64,000 nt of DNA from Monocercomonoides exilis PA203. Its lineage: Eukaryota > Protista > Preaxostyla. Where the stretch lies: positions 620,001 to 684,000 of the forward strand of contig LSRY02000036.1 in NCBI GenBank assembly GCA_001643675.2, read 5' to 3'. Positions within the stretch are counted from its first letter, which is position 1, and every line of letters begins with the position of its first letter. Positions 46,262-59,707 of the stretch are shown here, piece by piece. Under the pieces are notes generated by a model. That model was not told the DNA's origin and made no database searches. It saw nothing but the letters and a program-made list of their open reading frames with translations. Both the position numbers and the translations under genes were made by a program.

Positions 46262-49200
46262 ATGAAAAAGAAGGTTTGTTTATTTGTGTTTATACTTTTC
46301 AACAAATGCTATTTCCGATGAATCTGGCATCATTATTTTTTATATGCACTTTATTGTGCTGATCATTGAATGACTATTGTTATTAACCAGATTGATAATC
46401 GGATAAGAACTTTGATTGAAAACAACGTGAAGAAGAATCATAGATCATTTTTCGTAATTGTCGGTGATAGAGGAAAAGATCAGGTATGAGTTGGATTGAA
46501 ATTTTCATTTTTTAATCTTATATATCGATTTGATTTCTCAATTTAGGTTGTTAATCTTCATTACATTCTTTCACACGCTGCTATCCGACCAAGACCAACC
46601 GTATTATGGTGTTATAAAAAGGAACTTGCTTTGAGTAGGTATGAGCTGGTTTTTGTATTTCAATGTAGAAGATTTCTCTCTATTTTTTTTATTTTTTGTG
46701 AAATAGTCATAAAAAGAAACGTATGAAGCAAATAAAAAGAATGGCACTAAAAGGACTTGTCGACAAGGAAAGCGACAATCCATTTGAGCTTTTTATGTCT
46801 TCTACGCAAATTAGATGGTGCTATTATGCAGAAACTCATCAGATCCTTGGACAAACTTTTGGCATGTGCGTTTTGCAAGACTTTGAATCGATAACCCCAA
46901 ACCTTCTGGCTCGGACAATTGAAACAGTGGAAGGAGGAGGAATTGTTGTTCTTTTGTTGCAAACTATGACGTCTCTTCGCCAACTGTACACAATGACTAT
47001 GGAAGCTCACCAAAGATTTAAAACTCATTCTCACAACGATCTCGTTCCTCGCTTCAATGAACGATTTATTCTTTCTCTTGCTGCTTGCAAATCGTGTCTT
47101 GTCGTTGATGATGAACTCAACATACTCCCGCTTAGCAATCATATGCTTACGCTTCGGCCAATTGGAGAAAGGAAAAAAATGAGAGAGAGAGAATTTGAAG
47201 CGATGATGCTTGGTCGCAAGCCACAGAGCAACTCGAAAGCGAATGCAGGTGAACGAGAAGGGAAAATCTCTGAAGGAGAAGAAGGAGAAGAGGAAGAAAC
47301 AGAGGAAAGCATCGCAGAGAAAGAGAAGATGGAGAAGGAGGCTGTGATGAGAGAAGCAGAAGAGCTGACTTCTGAATGGAGCGGTGCGAAGGCCGTTGCT
47401 GCTGTTCTCGGAAGGCTTCTGCCACTCGCCAAAACTGCTGATCAATGCAGCGTGCTGAACCAAATGCTCCGGTCGCTTGCCTTTTCGCCTGTTGGTGCCG
47501 GTGCTGCGGTGCAGTCGTCTGAAACTGCTGCCTCTCCTCCCATCACCGTTTCAGTCACTGCTCCACGTGGGCGAGGGAAGTCAGCAGCGCTGGGGCTGGC
47601 TATTGCAGGTGGCGTGTGCCTGGGGTATTCATCGGTGGTGGTGTCTGCACCATCGCCAGAAAATGTTAGCACAGTGTTTGAGTTCGTGATGAAAGGGCTG
47701 GCTGCGCTGGATTATGCCGAGCACACAGACTTCGAGGCACGCAGATCCACGTTGGCGTCACAGATGAAGTGTGTTGTGGAGATACACGTCACCAAGACCC
47801 ACCGCCAGCGCATCTTTTATGTGGGGCCAGGCGCTCTGAACACAGTCGCCGCCGGGCAAGATCTCGTGGTGATCGACGAGGCAGCAGCGATTCCTCTGCC
47901 GCTGTTAAAAAGTGTGCTTTTGGGATCAGCCGACAGCAAACGCGGTAGAAGCCTCTCAGAACGTGCTGCAGGCGGTACTGGGAGAGACAGCGTGGGAGAC
48001 AGAGGGAGCGGAGTGGTGATTGTGTCGTCGACAATCAGCGGGTATGAAGGCACAGGGCGTTCGCTCTCGCTGAAGCTGATGCGCGAGCTGAGACGGATAA
48101 GCGTGCCCAATCCACAGCTGGCAGCAGCTCTATCACGGCCTTCGTTGAGAGAATCAGGCAAAAAGGCAGGCAAAGAAGAGGATGCAAAGCACAAGCCGTC
48201 CCAACAGCAGCAGAGCCAACAGGTGACGCAGGCACGGAGCCTTGTGGAACTGGAGCTATCTGCACCTATCAGATACTCCATGGGCGATGATGTGGAGTCC
48301 TGGCTAAACTCACTTCTGTGCTTGTCTGCTGCATATCCTGGTGCATCTGCTGGGGGAGCGTCTTCGTTGGCTGTCCCCAGCGCATCGCTTGCTTTCCCTC
48401 CTTCTCACTTGGCCATTCTGTCTGACCCTCCTTCGCCTGCTGAGTGTTCCTTGTACCAGCTGAACAGAGACACCCTCTTTTCATTTCACAGAGGAAGTGA
48501 GCTCTTCCTGCAGCAGCTGGTGTCTCTGTTTGTGTCCTCGCATTACAGAAACTCCCCCAACGACCTTCTTCTGATGGCTGATGCCCCGGCTCATCCACTT
48601 TTCGTCCTCCTGCCTCCTATCAGCAAGACTGCTAACACAATCCCGTTTATCATAACTGCTGTTCAGGTTTGGAATTTTTTAGTTATTTGTTTTTCTCTGA
48701 TGAAAGAGATTTCATTTCTTTATTTCATGTGTTTGTTATAAATTGCTTTTCGGTTTCAAACGAAAAAATTTGTTATCACTTTTATAAATTATGTGCAATG
48801 TTGTTTATTTCTGTTCAGATTGCGTACGAAGGATCCATTTCTCGTGACATTGTTCTTTCATCATTGGCGCGTGGGCAGCGAGCGTCGGGTGACATGATCC
48901 CGTGGACGATCTCCAACCAATACCAAGACCCTGCCTTTGCTGAGCTGTCTGGTGCAAGAATCATTCGCATAGCCACACAGCCACAGCTACAAGGGATGGG
49001 ATATGGGCTGAGGACGGTGGAGCTGCTGAGGAAGTGGATGGAACAGAACGTTGCGTCTGATGAGAGCGCAAGCATCACAGCGAATAGAGACATTGAGGCA
49101 ACTGCGTCTATTGTGCAGCAGACGGAACAAGATGATTCATCAAGCGATGATGATGAAGATGACGAAGACGATGATGAAGGAGAAAAGTTGGGACAGAAGA

Positions 49201-50243
49201 AGAGAATGAAGAAGGCTGATGGCACTTCTGTGGACGCTTCTTCTTCTTCTTCAAGTGGTTCATCAGATGCATCCACTCAGCTCTACACAGAACAACTTCT
49301 ACCACGTCCCACACTTCCACCTCTTCTCCTCCCTCTTTTCGGATCTTCCTCCTCCTCTTCCTCAGAGACAGTTGCACATCCTCCTCGCCTGCAGTGGCTG
49401 GGGACGGCACATGGGCTGACACTGCCTCTGCTCTCGTTCTGGCTGAAGACAGGAATGATACCACTTCACATCAGACAGACGCCGAATGAGCAGACGGGAG
49501 AGCATTCGTGTGTGATGCTGATGTCACTCAGACATCGTGTGAGCCACAAAAGGAAAGGAAACAAAAAGACAAAGGGAAAGAAGAAGAGCAGAAAAAGCAG
49601 CAAAAGCAGCAGCAGTGCTGATCATTCGATGAATGATTCTTCAGACGAGCAATCAGACGAAGAGGATGAAGAGGATGAAGACGAGGACGAAGATAACATC
49701 CAGTCCAACTGGCTCGAGGCATATTCTGCTGACTTTACGTCACGTCTGTGCACTCTGCTCTCATTCAGCTTTTCTTCATTCAGCACAGCACTTGCACTGT
49801 CTCTGGTTGATCCAAAGAAGCAGCTGGTGGGCTTACTCCAACGGCGCAGCGATGCAAACAAAGAGAAAGCAAACAGAAACGACGAGAAAGTGCAGGCAGC
49901 GTGGGAATCAGCATTTGCCGCTTCTTTTCCTCGTCTGAGTGCGAAGACGCTTCCGCTGCATTTGAGTGACTATGACATGAAGCGGCTGGAGAGCTATGGG
50001 AAAGACCTGGTGGACTTCCATCTTGTAATGGATGTCATTCCGACGCTGGCTGCTCTTTTCTTCACTCGACGATTTCGATGTGAGGCGACGCTGATCCAGC
50101 AGAGCCTGCTGGTGGCGATTGGGCTGCAGAGGAAAGGGATCGACGAGTTGGCGGAGGAGCTGACGCTGCCTGTTGAAACATTGCTGGTGCAGCTGCAGAA
50201 ACTCATCCGCAAAGTATACAGCGCTCTTCATGAGCTCAAATGA
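46262..50243 (+). CDS. NAT10: RNA cytidine acetyltransferase NAT10/Kre33, 5 exons
   Basis: MKKK, intron, IDNRIRTLIEN..HRSFFVIVGDRGKDQ, intron, VVNLHYIL. LQDFESITPNLLARTIETVEGGG. Walker A TAPRGRGKS, DEAAAIP, STISGYEGTGR, HYRNSPNDL. GNAT motif RIIRIAT.P..QGMGYG. Confidence 0.95.
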
Positions 50244-51111
50244 ATAATATGCATTTCATAATGTTTTTTTTAATAAAAATAAATAAACATCACTTCACTC
50301 AAACAAGAAAGTTGTGTGTTTTTTTGTAAAGCAAAAATCGACCTTTGTGCCACAATCAGCAAAGAATGAATGTCAATTTAATTCCAGCAAATACTTGTGA
50401 AATGGCTGAGTTTTCATTCACAATGTGAAAAATAAACTACAAATGAAAAAGAAAAAATCGAATTGAAATAAAAAAAAAAGAAAATTAAATAAAACTGTTA
50501 GTAGTTTTGAGTAAATTGAACGTGATTGATTTTTCTGTCTATTCTTCTCTCAATGATGAAATGCATATTTATGAAAAGAAACAAAAAGAAAAGTGCCACA
50601 TTAAATGCACATACACGCAATTTATTCTAATCAGATTTGAATGATAACAGAGCATGAAAAAAATGAATTCTTTTAACAACTTTCATCAAAAGAAGCATTT
50701 GCAAAAATAAAATTGTGGATAATTCTACAAAAAATTAATAGATTGTTATAAGTTGGCAAAGCTGTTTCCTGCTTTCGATTTCTGGAAATCAAGCTTTTAA
50801 ACAAAACATTATGAACCTGTGAAAAAAAAGAACCATTTCACAATCTTATAAATTCTCAAAAAAGGATAGTTTGATTTCGTCATCTTCACTGCAAACTTCT
50901 GTGAAAGAAAAAGAAACACAAAAGAAACGCAAAATTACTACAGCACAAATCTTTTGCACATTGCAATCTTATCTGTCATCGCCTTGCTCCATATCAGTTA
51001 TATCTTGTCTGCTATTTCCTTTCTCTCTCTCTTCCTCTCCCTATCTCCATCTATTTATCTATCTATTTATCTATCTGTTCATCTGTTTCTATCTCCCTCT
51101 TCTCCTCTCTT

Positions 51112-53967
51112 TTAATTTGGAATTCCCAAATAAACAGCACACTCTCTCATCCACTCACCGACAGTGGCACTCGAATGGTGCACAAACATAACAACAACAT
51201 CGCAAACACCTTCTTCTTCCTCAACACGTCGGACAGCTTCGTCCACCTTCAGAAATCGCCCCTTCTCTTCTTCTGCCGCCTTCCGCAGCTGCTCAACATC
51301 CGCCTCGTCTTTCTGTCCCTTTTCTTGTTCCTCTCCTCGATTCGCTTTTCTATTTTGACTCTTTTCCTTCTTTGAATCTTTCTCTCTTTTCTCTCTTTCT
51401 CGTTTTCTGATGTCTTTAAACAGTACACGCACGTTTCTCCTCTCCCTTTTCGCCCTCTCATTCATACACTGCAACAGCCACCCAGCTGAGCTGAGGATGT
51501 TGTGTGTGCATTCAGCCACAAGCACATCCAGTAACGCACTCATTGTGAATGGGAAGAAGGGCACCTGAATGGAGGAGTAGACTACTGGAGAAGAGGAAGA
51601 AGAGGAGGAAGAGGAAGAAGAATTGAATGTATTAAGAGACTTAACAGATGAAGCAGAAGAAGCAGAAGAAGCTGTCTGTTTGGAAGAAGATTGAGACGAA
51701 AGAAGAGAACTTGATGACGCGGCTGGTGAAGTGGGTAGGTCGAAGTTGAGAGTGGCTGTTTGTGAAGTGACAATTTCAGTCAAGTCCAAAAGAGACGACG
51801 AAGCGAATATGAATCTGCAGCAGTCGATTGCCAGTTTCTTTCTTCGGATGGCCAAAGAACGAGTGGTTGGCATTGAACTGGGTGGAGCATACACAAGAGA
51901 AGGCATTTGAGATGAGGAAGAGGAGGAAGAAGATGATGATGATGAAGTGTTTGTCCCCTGGCGAGCTGGCTGTGATGTGGAAGGAGGCTGTTTGGCGTCG
52001 ACTGAAGTGATTGAGTACGAGCGCACAGATTGAGATGAGTATGCAGTGGCAGATGTTGAAGGAGAGGAAAAGGAGTCTTCTTTGTTCTGTTTGGTCTTAT
52101 CAGAATTGCCTGTTGAAGACGAAGAAGGAGCCTGTGAATGAGTGGTTGATTGCGCAGGCAGAGGAAACGCGTAGCGATATGATCTGTGTGTAGATATCTG
52201 GATGAAGTGTAGAATGTCTGACAGCAGCGGAGAAGAAGGCAGCCCATACGATGCAACAGCAACAGAGGAGGAAGAGGCAGAGGCCGAGGCAGTCGCAAAG
52301 AGAGAAGCCTCAGGCGGGGGAGGGTAGACAAGCAGATGGGCAAAGAACGACTTGTGGTAGAGGAGGTCAGAAATCAGCTCCATCGCATCGCACATCAGAC
52401 ACTCTTCAGACTCCACTTCATCGATCGAGTGGAGGCGTCTGTCTTCTGTCCGCGAATAGACAACTTCCAGCTCTTCTGCTCGTGTTGGCAGTATTCCCAG
52501 CGCCTCGTCCCGCTTTCGCCGCTTCTTCCGCATCTTCAGCTTCTTCTTCCGCCATTCGGCTTCTTCTTCTGCACGTTTGGATATTGATTGCGTTTTATCT
52601 CCAGAAGCAGCAGAAGAAGCAGAAGCAGTAGAAGAAGAAGAAGCATATTCGATGGATAATTCATCTTCTGCCTCGTTTCTAGAATGTGACTGGCTTCTCC
52701 GCAAGTCGAGTATCTGCTGCATGCACCCGCTCACTCCTACACGCTGCTCAAAGAACAGAAGACGCTCCTCATCCCAATTGATAAGACGGCCCAGTGTGAT
52801 CAACGCAGAACACACAATCCTTCTGAAGTAGAATGAAGGAGCTGGCGAAAACACAGATTCTGTGGATGCAGAAGAAGAAGAAAGAGGAGGAGAACTGGTT
52901 GGATGCTGGCTTGAACTTTGATTTGTTTCATTTTTGGAATCTCTTTCTTGCTTTCTTCTTTCTGCTTCATCAGTCTTTGCCTTCATAATTACAGTGTACA
53001 TCGTCTCATCCGTGCGCCGCTCCAGCATTATTCTCCTGTTTTCTGATGAAATATCGCATGTTTAAATGGAAAAAGGATATGCACAAAAAAGAATAGTATT
53101 TGTTGACATATTCAAATTTTATCAAAAATATTTTTGTAAAAGCCAAACCTTCACAATCACTAAGGCACTGAACTGCCAAAAGATATTTGATTGCGTTCAT
53201 CTTTCGCTCATAGATTTCTTCTTCGTCGTCATCTTCATTTTTCTTCTTTTCCTTTGAGCTTTCTTCATAGAAAAGCCCCACACATTTTTTTATTCCCATC
53301 AATAGATTCAATAAAATAACATGAAGAGTAGTTGCATCGACAGGAACACCCTTCATTGCAAAAGCAACAGTCGTGCATGCAGACAACAGTGATTGATTTT
53401 CATATTTCTGTTCTTCTTGTGTCATCGGTTCTATCTCTGATACAGATTTTCGTACAAATGGTGAATAGCCGATATTTTCACTAACTGAAAGAATCATAAC
53501 TTCATATCGAGACTTTAAGTCTGTGGCTGTAAATAAAAGCTGAAACGGATTAGGTTCAGGAGTTGCTCCGACAAATATTGCACCTCGATAAGAGATTATT
53601 TCGAATATTCTGAGAATAGCCATCCTTTGAAGGGTAGTTGGCTCTGTTTTCTTAAAAATTTCAAGAAAACTTACATAGTTAGATGCGACAAATTCTCTAA
53701 GATCCGAGAAAATCATCAGCTTCATCATTGAGCTTATTCTTATTAGAGAACGTTCTTTTGTATCGTTATCTTGGGTAAAATAGTCTTTGACTAAATCTAA
53801 ATAAAAATTAATATTTTATTAGCAAATAATGAAAGAGTAAATGCTAAAATAAATTAAATGAAAGTCAAAAAACTTGTAACATGAATAAATAACGTGTCGC
53901 ATGAATCTGGGTTATAGTCAATATATATAAGGTTTGGATCATCAGGAGCAGATACGCATAACCCCAT
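51112..53967 (-). CDS. Hypothetical helical-repeat-like protein with Ser-rich inserts and N-terminal MGLCVS acylation motif, 3 exons
   Basis: ATG 53967 (MGLCVSAPDDPNL...). Two GT-AG introns join this exon to ORFs 53006-53728 and 51112-53028 in frame (..HVT|NLVKDY..; ..CE|ENRRIMLERR). Confidence 0.65.
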
Positions 53968-54762
53968 TTAAAAGTAGCAAAATAGCAGAGAGCTTCAATT
54001 CAACCAATTTAACGATTATTTTAAATGAATATCTGATCATTACCTTCATTTGTTAAATTTTTCAAAAAATTTATTATTCACAAACAAAAAAGACTATTCA
54101 CTAATTGTCTATGCATTGAAATAACTGAAGAGTTATTTTTGGAGAATGATTCGTTTTTTCCTTGAATAAGCTTATCTTTTTGGGGGGAAAAAAATGTGTT
54201 TAACTATATTTCTCCAAATTTTTCAATTAAGTTCGAAATCGTAATTCAAAATCGTTCACCTTGAAGAAAAAGATTCACAGTTGCTTAAAAATTAGTAGCT
54301 ATTTTTCAGTTGCTAAACCACATCGCAGAAATACTCATAAAAAGCTAACAAAAAAGGTTATCCAAATAAATCAATTTGCAAACTTATCACCCGACAATGA
54401 TTGATAAATGATGTAGCGCTTGCGAAGTGAATAAAACAACACACAAACAAAAATTATAATAAATATCCAAACCCCAAAAAAAAATTTATGAAATGGTAAA
54501 AACTATTCATTTTAAAAAACAAAGCGTTTTATATTTACATAAGAACCAATGTTAAGAACAGCAATTACTGAAGCTTGAAGAAAGATTCAGAATGATAAAA
54601 GAGGATTATTAAAGAATAGAAATGTGTTGCAGATGTTAATATTTGATGAGATAGCAATCATTAATAGAGGAAGATGATGAAAGAAATAGAACCGATGGAG
54701 TTGAGAGGTTTGATGTTGTGTAAATGAATAGAGAATGATTATTATTTTCAGCCAAACCAGTT

Positions 54763-57700
54763 TTATTTCCCAGATCTAATGACTGACGCGATATCTCTGT
54801 TTTTCATATCGCTAGCAGCCAGAATAGAGCCGAGAACAGCGACAACAACAGAAAGCACAACTGTAATGACGAACAGCTCAACAGGGAAGTGATATTCGAA
54901 TGGCATTTCTGAAAACATTGTCATCTGGACAGTCAGAATGATAGCCAGCGCAATACCGATGATTGTGCCGAAGATGATGCATGAAGTGACAAGAATAAGC
55001 GCTTCGTAGATGTAAATTCTGACTGTCTGCCACCCTGTCAGCCCGATCGACCGCAGCACACCAAACTCCCACCCGTTCTCTCTCACATTTGCTGTGAACG
55101 AGATCCATAGCACGAAGAAGCACAAAATGATGGCAATCACTCCAAACACGATGTAGAACACATCCAGCACAACCACCGTGTCCTGCACTGTTTTGATCAG
55201 GTCGGGCACATCTGTGCTGGACGAGTCCCCGTCTATCCCCACAAACACTGTGTCTGTGATTGCTGTGCGGATGTCGCTGGGCGTGTCGCCATTCAGCAGC
55301 ACAAACGCACTCTGCAGAGGAGTCGCAAACTTGTCAAACTCTTCTGCTTTCACCTGCTCAGAGGAGATAAGCGCGTCGTGCAGCAGCTCGCGGTACTGAG
55401 ATGACGGTATGACCATCGAAGACCCGCTGGCTGAGAGAGAGAAAGAGCCGAATGTCATTCCAGACGATTTCGTCATCACAGCCCTTGCCTTCACCAGATA
55501 GTTGAGCGACGTGATGGCAGCGCTGTTGTTGTGCCTCAAATACACCGTCAGTCTGAGCGGTGTGTTCATGTCAGCGTTGATGGAGCTCATCAGCCCTGAC
55601 GACACAACAGCATCGATGTAGTTGTGGTAGATCTGCTCGCTCGTGTTCTGCACTTTCTTCGGAAACTCGTTCTTCTTCTTCAGTTTGTCGGCTGTGGAGC
55701 GCACAACCTCTCTTTTCGGTCCGCTCAGCACGTTGATCGTGCCAGCGAACGGAATCTCGTTTTCGACATTCAAAGTGAGGTGTCTCTGGTCTGTCTCGAG
55801 GCTCTTCCACACATCCTGCTTTCCGTTTGTGATTGGCCAGCTCGCCACGTTCTTGTGCAGCTCGTCAATCACATAGAAGTCGTCGTACGTGCCTGACAGG
55901 AAGTCGCTGTCCACAGACACCACATTCACACTCGCTGAGTCCAGGTTGTTCAAATTCCCCATCTGAGTCATCACAATCGTCCGCTGTGCTGTCAGAGGAT
56001 ATGTCATGTATGTGTAGCCCTTCACGTTGTTGTTCGGAATGTCTTTGATCTTCCTCATTGCATCCAAAAGCTTGTCCTTCTCATGGGCTTCAGTGACTTT
56101 AGGAGCAGTGAAAATCAGGTCAGCGCCCATCCCAACACGAACCTGGTCCACAATCTGCTTCGACTGCAGAGCAAACTCAGAACCCACGAAGATCACAAAA
56201 GCCAGCGATGCTGTGAACATAATGGCAGTCTTTCTGTTCCTGTTGCGGTGTGACGAAAGCGCCTTCTTCACAAGTCCTCTGAAACGCATGTCGGTGCAGC
56301 ATACAAACGCATAAACCAGCAGACGCTCCATAAAAGGCTCGAAGAAGATTGAAACAAGAATCGTTCCAAAAAGCATGGCCAGCAGCACCCAAATGAAGAG
56401 GAACAGTACAGTCGCAATGTCACCCGTGTAGAATGCAGTTGGAATTCCGTAGAAAAGCATGAATCCCAATGCGATGATGAGGCAGGCCATGAAAATAGCC
56501 TCGAGCGACACGCCCATTTTGTGCAGGTTGGTGAAAGTGACACGCGTGTCTGAGTTCAGCTGGTGGTACAAGTCGAGCGAGTCTCTGAGTGTCGACGTGA
56601 CGGCACGCTGGATAGGGAAGAAGTTCGCAGCCAGCGGCATCAGCAGCCCCAGAACAACAGTCAGAATGGCAGCGACAGTTTCGTAAAACATCGGCATGTC
56701 ATAAAAAACAATGCCGCCCACAACTTTCACAGCAATCACCAAAAGAATCGCAGAAAATCCAATTCCTAGAATTGTTCCAGGAATGGCATACAGCTGGCTC
56801 TGTGTTACGAGAAGCAAGACGAGCTGCTTGGTGTTCATTCCGATGGCTCGAATCATCCCAAACTCATACGTCTTCTCTTCCACATCAGAAAGCATCAGCG
56901 TGTATATCAGAAGAGCACCCAGCCCGACGAGAATGATGATGGTGGACAGGAACATCTGGTCGAGGAACGTCCTCATCATGCTCAGCGTCTGCATCGCGGT
57001 GTATGTGCCCATCACAACAGACAGTGGTGACCCCACGCCCAGCGCCTGGTATATCTTGTCCGCCCTCCTTTTGATTTCCAGCGCTGTCTCGTCTGACTCC
57101 AGTGTGTAGATGTCTAGCCGGTTCTTGAAGTTTCCAACCAGCTGCAGCCAAAAGTCGCTCATGTCCACCCGCTTCAGGAAGTCGCGAAGAGGCGATGCAT
57201 AACTCTGGTATGTACTGTTTGGATGGGCACGCATTGTCCGATACGCCCCTTCAGCTAAAGAATCCATCATGTACTCTTTCTCAACCAAAAGCATGTTTCC
57301 CATTGAGATGTACTTGCCTTCGGTGTCTGTTATTGTGTCCACCACTAAATGTTTTGATTTGCATGTGGGATAAATGTTTCGATTATTAAAAGATATTAGC
57401 AATTAACACACAAAATATATATATACATTTATAAGTCGAAGAAGCAAATACAAGTCTCATAAAAATAAAAAAGAATAGCAAACATCCAAATGTCAATGAT
57501 CCATTTTTAAGAATATATGTGAAAACTTCTTTCAGTTCCTCTTTCGATAATGGTAAAATTTCACTTAATGAATCAAGCATGGGCACAATTAAATCAATCA
57601 TGTCGTCTGCATTGTTCAAACGGAACACAATTTTATTTCCTGGTCTAAAATTAAAACGAGTGACAAGTGTGCCTTCAAATTTTCAAAGAATAATTTAAGT

Positions 57701-58449
57701 TGAATGAGTAAAAGGAATTTGTTTCAGGATGTTTTGCAATGCATGGAGTTAAATTTCTTGATTAAAAATAATTGAGCAAACTCGTTGCGTGGCATTCATC
57801 TTTCAACAATGCCCTATGCTGCCAATTTCTTCCAATTCCAAGTTCTTTTTCTTTGTTTGTTTCTTGTATAAAAAGAGTACAACTTTCATTTTTGGAATCT
57901 GGGCGCGTGCTCAGGCACGCTCCAGGCAAAGGAATACGAGAAGAAATTCCAAGTACTTGATCATCATTTTCCAATAGTTTTTCTATTTCAGATACAGCAG
58001 CCATCTCTCCATTTGTTCCTGGAAGAATAGTCTGAAAAAATTTTTTGTAAAAAATTCTTATAACAGCTCAAATTGAACATAAATCATACAAAATCAGTTT
58101 GTGCAGATTGATCCTCCGCAATGTTCCAAAAAATAACTTTGTAAATTATAAATTAAATGTTATAAATAAACTTTAAGAATATTCTAAACCTGAAGTAAAT
58201 TTTAGAGCATTATATAAAACTCTATGCATTAAAATGATTTTTAAAGAAAATCATTTAAAATTGAACGTTATATAAATTTAGATAATTAAAAAAATTCACA
58301 ATTTCACACCCAATGAAAAGAACGACCAAAAACACGGTAGTAACACCAATACATGGAACTCGTTTGTTTCTTCTAAAAGAAGAAATAATATAACTAAATA
58401 CTAGATTGAACGAGCCGCAGCAGGACTTACAAGCTTGTTTGCAACCCAT
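54763..58449 (-). CDS. MacB/FtsX/LolE-type (type VII ABC) permease with two FtsX domains, 6 exons, about 1,070 aa
   Basis: N-terminal amphipathic segment plus TM (YIISSFRRNKRVPCIGVTTVFLVV). Two signature segments SDVEEKTYEFGMIRAIGM and ANVRENGWEFGVLRSIGL, each followed by TM pairs. Second-half start KKALSSHRNRNRKTAIMF. Five in-frame GT-AG introns at the 5' end. Confidence 0.8.
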
Positions 58450-58837
58450 TCACAACGGAGATAAAGTCTACCCTTTATAAATTTATTATTCTTTTTTCCG
58501 AGTAAAAATAAAATAGTTCCAACACTTTTAATAATGAAAAGGAGTAATTGATTCACTGCCAAAATGGAATCATGATATGAAATATTTTACTATTTCAATG
58601 TCAGTTACAATCTAAAAATTTGTAGTTTTCATTTCTTTCCAACATTTCAAAATTCCTTTTCAAAAATCAGCAAAAACTTGTTTATTTAAATAAAATGATG
58701 CAAATTTTTTCTCGCAAACGATATTAAAGAAGAATTTTTATCATTTTATTATTTGATAAATTTCCCCAAAGAAGTGGAAAACTGAATTATGTTCGTTAAA
58801 AAGTATTTTCAAATGATACGAAAGCTAACTTGTATAA

Positions 58838-59707
58838 TTAAGCCCATGTTGGTCCTTCCCATCCAGCAGCGCCTGCAGCTGGAGCATCACCTGCAACATC
58901 AGCCCAGCTCTGTCCAGCAGCTTCAGTTGAAGCCGGAGCCCAAGAAGCAGCTGAAGCCTCTTTCTCAACTGCCTGGATTGCCTTCTGTTCCTCTTCTGGA
59001 ATTTCTTCCTTCCTTCTGTCGTGAGCACCTTCTGCGACGGCTGGTGCCTCTTCCTCGATTTCATCAGCGTCTTCTTCTTCCTTCTTTCTATCAACTGTCT
59101 CTCTGTAGAAGAAGAGATCGGGCATCACATCCCAGTGCTTTTTGTATGAAAGGGTTCCACGGATGCGAAGAACTTCACGTGCAAGCAACCAGTAGATGAT
59201 GCCAATTTGCTTAATTCCCTTGTTGTTTGCTGGGATTGCAACATCGATGAAGCGCAATGGAGAATCAGAATCGCAAATTGCAATAACGGGGATGTTCACA
59301 TAAGAAGATTCGATGATTGGTTGGTGATCTGTAATTGGGTCTGTGACAACCAACAGACGGGGTTCGATAAATCTTTTTTGGATCTGGTTAGTGAAGGTAC
59401 CTGGTGTGTATCTGGTAGCGAGAGCTGTGCATCCTGTGTATTTAGCGAATTTAAGAACAGCACGTTGACCATAGTTTCTACCAGAAACAACACAGACATC
59501 GGCTGGGTTCTCAATTCCGCAAATGATGCGAGCAGCAAGACGGATCTTTTCCATTGTCATTTTTGGGTTGAAGATGTGAACACCCTCTGGGCTACGGGCG
59601 TACACATATGGAGTCATGTGTGTTGTAATTTTCTTGCATCCAATGTGCGCTTGGCACGCAAGAAGCATACGAACATCTTCTTCTTCAGGGGTGATTTTTG
59701 TTGTCAT
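58838..59707 (-). CDS. RPSA: 40S ribosomal protein SA (uS2)
   Basis: [60 protein letters not shown]. Intronless CDS. Confidence 0.98.
   Translation of the reverse strand: MTTKITPEEEDVRMLLACQAHIGCKKITTHMTPYVYARSPEGVHIFNPKMTMEKIRLAARIICGIENPADVCVVSGRNYGQRAVLKFAKYTGCTALATRYTPGTFTNQIQKRFIEPRLLVVTDPITDHQPIIESSYVNIPVIAICDSDSPLRFIDVAIPANNKGIKQIGIIYWLLAREVLRIRGTLSYKKHWDVMPDLFFYRETVDRKKEEEDADEIEEEAPAVAEGAHDRRKEEIPEEEQKAIQAVEKEASAASWAPASTEAAGQSWADVAGDAPAAGAAGWEGPTWA

Noticed and set aside
54763-58449. Bacterial contamination as the source of the MacB-like permease
   Set aside because: It has five in-frame spliceosomal introns and sits among eukaryotic genes, next to RPSA.
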